A program made the position numbers and the translations under genes. The notes beneath the pieces were generated by a model, which had not been told where the DNA came from, made no database searches, and saw nothing but the letters and a program-made list of their open reading frames with translations. This document shows positions 1 to 7,009 of a DNA stretch of 64,000 nucleotides, in pieces; the stretch's first letter is position 1; each line of letters begins with the position of its first letter. The DNA comes from Dehalococcoidales bacterium (GTDB lineage: Bacteria > Chloroflexota > Dehalococcoidia > Lucifugimonadales > Lucifugimonadaceae). The stretch spans positions 2,763 through 66,762 of the forward strand of contig JAACCT010000103.1 of NCBI GenBank assembly GCA_009937255.1. Direction: 5' to 3'.

Positions 1-2
1 CT

Positions 3-1136
3 TCACATTGGAAATATAAAGACTCTATTGATGAATCTTCTACTGAAAATTTTGGAAAAGACACATATTGGCTTAAGGACATGATAGATTTTGAACAAGA
101 AGGCATAGAGGATAGTGAGTATATTGAATCAGTTAATAACGATATATTGTCAGATAAAGTTATAGTTTATTCACCTAAAAATGAGATATTTACACTGCCG
201 ATAGGATCAACAGCTCTTGATTATGCATATAGCCTTCATACTGATTTAGGGCATTATTGTCAGGCATCTTTTATTAATGGTGTTTGGAAACCATTAAATA
301 CAAAATTAAATAATGGGGATACTGTTCAAATTCAAAAATCAGAAGAAGAAAAAGGACCTAACTTAGATTGGCTAAATGAAAGCTTAGGGTTCATTCGAAC
401 AGCTAATGCAAAAAACAAAGTTAAGGCATGGTTTAAAAAAAGAGAAAGAACTGAAAATATTGAAAGAGGAGAAAAACAAATACTTAGAACTATAGGGCTT
501 TCAAATGTTGAAAATAGTGAGATATTACTACCCACTATGATTGAAAACGATACATATGAAAATTTTGCATACAAGGTCGGAACTGGAGAAATTAATAACC
601 AAAAAATTATAGATATTCTAAATAAAGAACAACTTGAAGAAACTGTTAGAAAAATGAATCTCACTAAAGATCCATTAGAAGAAAACTATAATTCTATTGC
701 TTCAATAGTTATTATGGGAGGAGAAAATATAGATAAAAAAATTGCAAATTGTTGTGGTCCTGTCTATGGGGATGAAATCGTAGGATATAAAAATTCAACT
801 AATGAGATAGTAGTACATAGAATTATGTGCTCACGCTTAAGAAACTTAGAGCATACGAATCGTTTTATGCCTGCAGCTTGGGGTCATTCTAAGGATCTAA
901 CTCCAACTACTGTTTCAATAGAGGCATATGATCGAATGGGGCTAATTAGAGATATAACAGATGTAGTTTGGGGAGAAAAAACTAATATACATTCCATTAA
1001 TTCACAAGAAGACGATAAAAATGGCACATGCAAAATACAATTAACAGTTTATACTAGAGACTTAGGTCAAATAATTAGACTTTTGGGGAAAATGGAAAGT
1101 ACTCCAGGAGTATATAAAGTAAGAAGAGTTAAATAA
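3..1136 (+). CDS. rel: RelA/SpoT-family (p)ppGpp synthetase/hydrolase, C-terminal part; 5' end lies outside the window
   Basis: The frame is open from nt 3 (SHWKYKD, the conserved HWxYK region). It has a TGS-like segment (VYSPKNEIFTLPIGSTALDYAYSLHTDLG) and an ACT-like C-terminus (IEAYDRMGLIRDITDV). Confidence 0.85.
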   Translation, partial: SHWKYKDSIDESSTENFGKDTYWLKDMIDFEQEGIEDSEYIESVNNDILSDKVIVYSPKNEIFTLPIGSTALDYAYSLHTDLGHYCQASFINGVWKPLNTKLNNGDTVQIQKSEEEKGPNLDWLNESLGFIRTANAKNKVKAWFKKRERTENIERGEKQILRTIGLSNVENSEILLPTMIENDTYENFAYKVGTGEINNQKIIDILNKEQLEETVRKMNLTKDPLEENYNSIASIVIMGGENIDKKIANCCGPVYGDEIVGYKNSTNEIVVHRIMCSRLRNLEHTNRFMPAAWGHSKDLTPTTVSIEAYDRMGLIRDITDVVWGEKTNIHSINSQEDDKNGTCKIQLTVYTRDLGQIIRLLGKMESTPGVYKVRRVK

Positions 1137-1148
1137 TTAGGAAAAAAT

Positions 1149-1403
1149 ATGCCAAGTTCTAAATCACACAGAAGTCAATTAAATAAATTTAAAAGTAATT
1201 TATCTATAAAAACTGCTATTAAGTCATCTGTAACCAGCCTAAGAGCTAGCGTTGAAAACAATGATGATTCTGCAGTAACATCTAAGCTTTTCAACAATGT
1301 AGCTAAAATTTTAGATAGAGCTGCAAAAAAAAATGTTATTCATAAAAATAATGCTTCTAGAAGAAAATCAAGACTTCAAAAGCTGATAAATAAATCAAAA
1401 TAG
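1149..1403 (+). CDS. rpsT: 30S ribosomal protein S20
   Basis: 84-aa basic protein; RAAKKNVIHKNNASRRKSRL is typical of S20. Confidence 0.9.
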   Translation: MPSSKSHRSQLNKFKSNLSIKTAIKSSVTSLRASVENNDDSAVTSKLFNNVAKILDRAAKKNVIHKNNASRRKSRLQKLINKSK

Positions 1404-1805
1404 TTGCAAAGTAATTCTATATATAACTGGGAAATTGATCATGGTGATCCAAGTGACAAGTACTCTGAAATAATCATTTCAGTAAAACCAAAATCAGGAT
1501 TACTCTCAAAATGGAGAATAATTCTACCTGCGAACTACAATGGTTTAATCAAATGGGGAATAATTTCTGATGAAGATCAAAAAATTAAAGAACCAAGGGG
1601 TATCTTTGAAACAGGAAGTATAAAACTGAATGATGGACAAGAAGTAATTGTATTTGGAGGAGTCGAACCTGTATCAAAAAATAAATCAGCTCGCCTGATT
1701 GTTAAAAATCCTCCACCTCACTTTATAGGTTTTGGATTTAGTGAAGATGACGCAAGCCCACCTATGAGTATTGAAGGTATAACATTTGAGGACCATCCAC
1801 ATTAA
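1404..1805 (+). CDS. hypothetical protein (133 aa)
   Basis: ORF with a TTG start abutting the rpsT stop (TAG TTG). No motif I recognise. Confidence 0.5.
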   Translation: MQSNSIYNWEIDHGDPSDKYSEIIISVKPKSGLLSKWRIILPANYNGLIKWGIISDEDQKIKEPRGIFETGSIKLNDGQEVIVFGGVEPVSKNKSARLIVKNPPPHFIGFGFSEDDASPPMSIEGITFEDHPH

Positions 1806-1821
1806 TAACAAGACATTTTAT

Positions 1822-1850
1822 TTGACACAAAAAAATATTTATCATACTTT
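1822..1850 (+). promoter_or_regulatory. candidate sigma70-type promoter of lexA (TTGACA - 17 nt - TACTTT)
   Basis: TTGACA at 1822-1827 and TACTTT at 1845-1850. The ATG at 1857 lies about 7 nt after the -10 and no Shine-Dalgarno is visible. Confidence 0.3.
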
Positions 1851-1856
1851 GGTAAT

Positions 1857-2507
1857 ATGACTAATATGAAACCACTTACAGAAAAACAAAAAGACATTCT
1901 AAAATTTATAGAGGCTTATATAGAGGAATATGATTATCCTCCATCGATTAGAGATATTCAAAATAATTGTGATATATCCTCAACTTCAGTTGTTAAATAT
2001 AAGTTAGATAGACTCCAAGAAAAAGGGTTAATGAATAGAGACTCAGAAGTCTCAAGAAGCATCAGTTTAAATACTGAAACAAAAGTAAATTCAATTAGTG
2101 TCCCAGTTTTAGGAACTATAACTGCAGGTCAACCTTTCCCTCTTATAGAAGATGATAGGTGGGATTTAAACGAGATGGATATGATTGACTTGCCTGATAA
2201 TTTTTCATATATTGAAGACAAAATTTTTGCATTAAAAGTTTCTGGATACTCTATGGTTGATGCTTTAATAGGAGATGGAGATACAGTAATTCTTGAAAAA
2301 ACAAATACTGCAAAAAATGGCGATATGGTAGCAGCAAAAATAAATTCAGAAAATGAAACAACTTTAAAAAGAATTTATAAAGAAGGCTCTCAAACTAGAC
2401 TTCAGCCTGAAAACCCTTTGATGGATCCTTTTTTTTATCCTTCTAGTGATATAAGCATTTTAGGTAAGGTAGTGGCAGTTTGGAGATATAATCCCATAAA
2501 TCTCTAA
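1857..2507 (+). CDS. lexA: LexA repressor (S24 peptidase)
   Basis: N-terminal winged HTH, Ala-Gly cleavage site (TITAGQPF), catalytic Ser (SGYSM) and Lys (TLKRIY). Confidence 0.93.
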   Translation: MTNMKPLTEKQKDILKFIEAYIEEYDYPPSIRDIQNNCDISSTSVVKYKLDRLQEKGLMNRDSEVSRSISLNTETKVNSISVPVLGTITAGQPFPLIEDDRWDLNEMDMIDLPDNFSYIEDKIFALKVSGYSMVDALIGDGDTVILEKTNTAKNGDMVAAKINSENETTLKRIYKEGSQTRLQPENPLMDPFFYPSSDISILGKVVAVWRYNPINL

Positions 2508-2571
2508 TTTAGAGACTTAAGCCTTATGAAATAGATCTATAATTTAATTAAAATATTTTAACTAGAAAATT

Positions 2572-3264
2572 ATGGATCTGCTACTAATAAATAAACTTAA
2601 TAGATACATGAGGATTAATCTAAACAGAACAGGCTTTTTACCCGAAGAAACCTCATTGATGAAAAAACTTGATCTCAATCCAAAACAATTTGATGAATTA
2701 ATTATTGATGCTCAAGAATATGGGATGGATATAAAACCAGAAATATTTGAACTTAAAACTTACTGCAAGCTAAATCAAGATGATATGCAGTATGGAACTG
2801 ATACTAAATTAAAATTTGGGTATAAAGATTTTCTGAAATATAAGAGGCTATTAGATGAAAAAATGCCTATACTAGATTTTAGTAATGATGATCTTACAGA
2901 AGATTTACTTGAGGTGGCTGGAACAATTTTAAATTTTCTAGAACTACTTATAGCTAATATTACCTCTAAAGCTTTACTTTCTGATAATTCAAATGATCAA
3001 ATTGAATATGATTATGAGAAAGTTATGACTATATATGGAAAACAAAAGGTTATTTTAAGTAATGATCAACTAGAGATAAGTATTGATAAGTTTTTAGAAC
3101 CTTTTATTACTTTATTTATGAAAGTTGGAGTAGTATTTGAAGCCTATGATGTACTAACTGAAGAATTTTATAATGAAAATGAAATCATCAAAGAATATAG
3201 TTGCTTAGATTTTAAAGAAATAGAAAGCTTTTTGAAGTTATATGAAGATGGTCAATTAAACTAA
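2572..3264 (+). CDS. hypothetical acidic protein (230 aa)
   Basis: Long ORF downstream of lexA. Asp/Glu-rich with no recognisable domain or TM segment. Confidence 0.6.
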   Translation: MDLLLINKLNRYMRINLNRTGFLPEETSLMKKLDLNPKQFDELIIDAQEYGMDIKPEIFELKTYCKLNQDDMQYGTDTKLKFGYKDFLKYKRLLDEKMPILDFSNDDLTEDLLEVAGTILNFLELLIANITSKALLSDNSNDQIEYDYEKVMTIYGKQKVILSNDQLEISIDKFLEPFITLFMKVGVVFEAYDVLTEEFYNENEIIKEYSCLDFKEIESFLKLYEDGQLN

Positions 3265-3335
3265 ATAATAAATTATTACCAAGATCTCCTAATAGACAAG
3301 TTGATAAAAACTTAATTATCTCGTAATTAATACGC

Positions 3336-3365
3336 TTGACTTAATTAGAACACTTGTTCTAATAT
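3336..3365 (+). promoter_or_regulatory. near-consensus promoter (TTGACT - 18 nt - TAATAT)
   Basis: TTGACT at 3336-3341 and TAATAT at 3360-3365, followed by AAGGAG (3383-3388) and the ATG at 3394. Confidence 0.55.
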
Positions 3366-3378
3366 GAACATATGTTCT
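3347..3378. promoter_or_regulatory. two tandem LexA operators (GAAC-N4-GTTC SOS boxes)
   Basis: AGAACACTTGTTCT at 3347-3360 and TGAACATATGTTCT at 3365-3378. Both are perfect palindromic Gram-positive-type SOS boxes overlapping the spacer, the -10 and the +1 region. Confidence 0.75.
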
Positions 3379-3393
3379 AATTAAGGAGTATTT

Positions 3394-3912
3394 ATGATTA
3401 CAAAATTTTCAGAGACTATTTTTGATAAAACAAAGGGATCTAACCTAAACGATAATAATTTAATAAGATCTATAGCTTCAAATATAATAAACAAAAATAA
3501 ATGTGAATATGAAATAGGTATAGAGTGTTTTTATTGTTGGCATGATGTAATGAATGATTTACGAATTTGGACCCTTGTTAAGGGCAAACAGGAAGATGCT
3601 GTTTCTGCAGTATTTAGTTCTTCTATAATTGAATGTTTATATCCAGGTGTGTTGAAAATGATAAATAAAATCAATGAATTTAAGAACTTTAATTTTCTTT
3701 TTTCTAAAAATCATAATGAAGTTTCCTATGATAATTCTAAATACATATTTTCTAATCAGATAAATGATAAGCCAAAATTTTTATTACTTGAAAATATAGG
3801 TATAGAAGAAGAATATGCAAAAAAAACTGATGCCTTAGTTAAGCTAAATATTATTAAAAATAAATATTCTCAGCAATATTTTTATATTTCTGAGAATTGT
3901 ACTCACCTATAA
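3394..3912 (+). CDS. hypothetical protein (172 aa) with a C-x7-C-x2-C-x-H motif; putatively LexA-regulated
   Basis: Good RBS (AAGGAG 5 nt upstream of the ATG). CEYEIGIECFYCWH cluster, no TM segment, no recognisable family. Confidence 0.7.
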   Translation: MITKFSETIFDKTKGSNLNDNNLIRSIASNIINKNKCEYEIGIECFYCWHDVMNDLRIWTLVKGKQEDAVSAVFSSSIIECLYPGVLKMINKINEFKNFNFLFSKNHNEVSYDNSKYIFSNQINDKPKFLLLENIGIEEEYAKKTDALVKLNIIKNKYSQQYFYISENCTHL

Positions 3913-3923
3913 GGAGAAAAAAT

Positions 3924-4262
3924 ATGACAATGATTGAAGATAATGCCTTTTCAAATAAAGAAGTTATTTATGATGATGGATGCGAGTACTCTAATAGTTG
4001 CTTAAGTTGCCCTTTACCTCTTTGTAAATATGATGATCCTATATTAGATAACTCTAAATCTAAAATTAATAGAAATACTCTAATATTTAGTATGAAAAAA
4101 ACAAATTTGAGTAATAAAAAAATTGCTACAATACTTAAAATTTCTACCAGAACTGTTAATAGGGTTCTTACAAAAGAAAATACAGAGAAGCAAAAATTTG
4201 TATTAGAATTAAGGAACCAAAGTATAATAAAAAGTTCACAATTAGTTTCTATGCAGAACTAG
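3924..4262 (+). CDS. hypothetical Cys4 + helix-turn-helix protein (112 aa from ATG 3924)
   Basis: AAGGAG at 3911-3916 precedes the ATG at 3924 (the track start at 3897 overlaps the upstream ORF). GCEYSNSCLSCPLPLC cluster followed by the HTH LSNKKIATILKISTRTVNRVL. Confidence 0.7.
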   Translation: MTMIEDNAFSNKEVIYDDGCEYSNSCLSCPLPLCKYDDPILDNSKSKINRNTLIFSMKKTNLSNKKIATILKISTRTVNRVLTKENTEKQKFVLELRNQSIIKSSQLVSMQN

Positions 4263-4389
4263 TTTATATATTTAGAGGAGAGTAAATACCTCTCTCTTTC
4301 CTCTACTACCCCTCAAACATAAAATGGCTTAAAGAGTGACTTAGCATTCTCTAAGGCATTTTGTGGTTTAATGGGAATTTTATATATTA

Positions 4390-5037
4390 TTAATTCCCTA
4401 CTAAAAACATAGACCTCTCTGCAATATTTATAGATCTATCTGTAATTCTTTCTAAATTATGAGCAACCCATAGTAAGTATGTTGCACGCTCTATTTCTGC
4501 AGGTTTTTTCTTCATTAGTTCAATTAATGCAGATCGCACATCCTTGCTTAAATCGCCAATTTTTTTATGGTCTGACTTGAGCTGTTTATATCTAGATTTA
4601 ACATCCTCTGGATTCTTTATTAAAAAAGTTTCTGTACTTAACCTAAGCATTTCTATAGATTTAATACTCATTTGAGGAATAATTACTAAGTCTGTTGGCA
4701 GAGGTATTATTCCAATTCTTTTTGTTAATATAGCTATACCTTCGGCATAGTCTCCTATACGCTCTAGTTCTTCAATAACGTACATACAAGAAACTATTTC
4801 TCTTAGATCTCCAGCTAAGGGGGCTTGTCTTCTAATTAAATTGATACATAAGACTTCAAGTTCAGCACCCATATCATCTATTATGTCATCGCCTGCAATA
4901 ACTTTATCCGCAAGATCCATATCTTGCTCAAGAAGTGAATGTATAGATTTTTCTATGGAGTTTTCAACATGTGAAGCCATCAACTTAATTTCTATTTCAA
5001 GTTTTTCTAATTCACTAGAAAATTCTTTTCTTACCAT
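4390..5037 (-). CDS. phoU: phosphate signalling protein PhoU
   Basis: Two PhoU repeats (ERIGDYAEGIA and ERITDRSINIAE). It sits directly downstream of pstB. Confidence 0.9.
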   Translation of the reverse strand: MVRKEFSSELEKLEIEIKLMASHVENSIEKSIHSLLEQDMDLADKVIAGDDIIDDMGAELEVLCINLIRRQAPLAGDLREIVSCMYVIEELERIGDYAEGIAILTKRIGIIPLPTDLVIIPQMSIKSIEMLRLSTETFLIKNPEDVKSRYKQLKSDHKKIGDLSKDVRSALIELMKKKPAEIERATYLLWVAHNLERITDRSINIAERSMFLVGN

Positions 5038-5039
5038 TA

Positions 5040-5840
5040 TTATCCTATCCTTCCTGTAACATAATCTTCTGTTCTTTTATCCTTTGGATTTCCAAAAACA
5101 GAATCATTGGTACCGTATTCTATGAGCTCTCCAATTCTTTCTTGCCCTGCCATCATTACAGCAGCATAATCACAAATTCTAGTTGCTTGTTGCATATTAT
5201 GAGTTACTATAATTATTGTTACATTTTTAGAAAGATTTTGAATTAACTCTTCTAGCTTTGAGGTTGATACAGGATCTAAAGCCGATGCGGGTTCATCCAT
5301 TAATATTATGTCAGGATTAACTGCCAATGCTCTTGCTATACACAATCTTTGTTGTTGCCCTCCAGAAAGATCTAGCCCGTTATCATTTAATCTGTCTTTT
5401 ACTTCATCCCAAAGAGCAGATTTTTTTAAAGAGTTAAAAACTATTTCTTCAATATCTTTTTTAGGGAAACCATTGATTTTTGGCCCAAAAGCTACATTCT
5501 CAAAAATAGTTTTAGGAAAAGGGTTAGGTTTTTGAAAAACCATACCAATTTTAAATCTAATATCAGTTGGATCTGCTTGGTCAGAATAAATAGAATTTCC
5601 ATTATACTCAACTAAACCAGATACCTTTGCTGATGGTATTAAATCATTCATCCTATTAAAGCATCTTATTAAGGTACTTTTTCCACATCCTGAAGGGCCT
5701 ATAAGTGCAATTATTTTATTTCTAGGAACACTAAATGTAACATTGCTTACTGCCTTTGTTTGGCCATAAAAAACACTCAAGTCAACTGTATTAAGGATTA
5801 CTTGCTTAGAATCTATTTGATCTATTAAATTATTTGACAT
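5040..5840 (-). CDS. pstB: phosphate ABC transporter ATP-binding protein PstB
   Basis: Walker [10 protein letters not shown], signature LSGGQQQRL, Walker B ILMDEP, and a PstB-like C-terminus ([10 protein letters not shown]). Confidence 0.92.
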   Translation of the reverse strand: MSNNLIDQIDSKQVILNTVDLSVFYGQTKAVSNVTFSVPRNKIIALIGPSGCGKSTLIRCFNRMNDLIPSAKVSGLVEYNGNSIYSDQADPTDIRFKIGMVFQKPNPFPKTIFENVAFGPKINGFPKKDIEEIVFNSLKKSALWDEVKDRLNDNGLDLSGGQQQRLCIARALAVNPDIILMDEPASALDPVSTSKLEELIQNLSKNVTIIIVTHNMQQATRICDYAAVMMAGQERIGELIEYGTNDSVFGNPKDKRTEDYVTGRIG

Positions 5841-5920
5841 ATTTTGAAGTTTTATTTCTTTTTATATATATTAACATATGATAATTTATTAATGTTAAAC
5901 AAATATTAATTGATCTAAAA

Positions 5921-7009
5921 ATGAACGATATTTATAATTTTTCTAAGTTAGAAATCCACTCACTTTTAGAGAAAAATAATTTTCCTACTTATAGAACATC
6001 TCAAATCTGGAGATATCTATATAAAAATCAAGTAAAAAAATTTGATGAAATGACTAATATTTCTTCAGATTTAATTTCATTTTTGGCGCTTAATTTTTAT
6101 ATAGGAAGCTTAGTTGAGATTAATAATATTATTTCTAAAGATAAATCAACTTATAAAAGTCTATTTAAGTTGCCTGATGGAAAAGTAATTGAAACAGTAT
6201 TAATGAATTATCCTTCAGATAATCATAGAAAACCTAGAAAAACAATTTGTATTTCTAGCCAAGTCGGATGTGCCTTAGGGTGCACTTTTTGTGCAACTGG
6301 TCAGCAAGGATTTACTAGACAATTAACGTCCGGTGAAATTATTTCTCAAGTTATGTATTATAAAAATTTAGAAAAAGAAGGATTTTTTGATTCAAAATTA
6401 AAAAATCCAGAAAAATCTTATAAAGGTGTAAAAAATATAGTTTTTATGGGTATGGGCGAGCCCTTAGCAAATTATGATAATACAATTAAGGCTATAAAAT
6501 CTTTAAATGATGACCTAGGTATTAATTTTGGAGCAAGAAATATTACTATCTCTACAGTAGGCTTGGTCCCTCAAATTTTAAAACTTGCAGATGAAGAAAT
6601 TCAAATTAATTTAGCTGTATCTATTCATGCTCCAGACAATAAAACCAGGACAGAGACAGTTCCAATAAATAAAAGATATCCTATTGAAATGCTGATTGAT
6701 GCTTGTAAAAAATATATTGAAAAAACTAACAGAAAAATTTTCTTTGAATATGTTTTATTAGAGGGACAGAATGATTCACCTGAACATGCAAAAAAGTTAG
6801 GTCTATTACTCGAAAATATGTTATGTCATGTAAATTTAATTCCAGTTAATCCTACAATTGATTCTGAATATAAAAGATCTAACAAAGATGTAATTTTAGA
6901 TTTTCAAAGAATTTTGAAAAAATTTAGAGTTCCTTCAACATTGAGAATGGAAAAAGGAATTGAAGTTAGTGCTGGGTGTGGACAGTTAGCTAATACAAAT
7001 AATTATTAG
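5921..7009 (+). CDS. rlmN: 23S rRNA/tRNA adenine-C2 methyltransferase RlmN (radical SAM)
   Basis: CALGCTFCATG radical-SAM motif, MGMGEPL, and C-terminal GCGQL. Confidence 0.9.
   Translation: MNDIYNFSKLEIHSLLEKNNFPTYRTSQIWRYLYKNQVKKFDEMTNISSDLISFLALNFYIGSLVEINNIISKDKSTYKSLFKLPDGKVIETVLMNYPSDNHRKPRKTICISSQVGCALGCTFCATGQQGFTRQLTSGEIISQVMYYKNLEKEGFFDSKLKNPEKSYKGVKNIVFMGMGEPLANYDNTIKAIKSLNDDLGINFGARNITISTVGLVPQILKLADEEIQINLAVSIHAPDNKTRTETVPINKRYPIEMLIDACKKYIEKTNRKIFFEYVLLEGQNDSPEHAKKLGLLLENMLCHVNLIPVNPTIDSEYKRSNKDVILDFQRILKKFRVPSTLRMEKGIEVSAGCGQLANTNNY

Noticed and set aside
4271-4300. A hairpin, GGAGAG-taaatac-CTCTCT, as a bidirectional terminator between the SOS cassette and phoU.
   Set aside because: The stem is only 5-6 bp with a wobble pair, and no clean U-tract follows. 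It is too weak to call.
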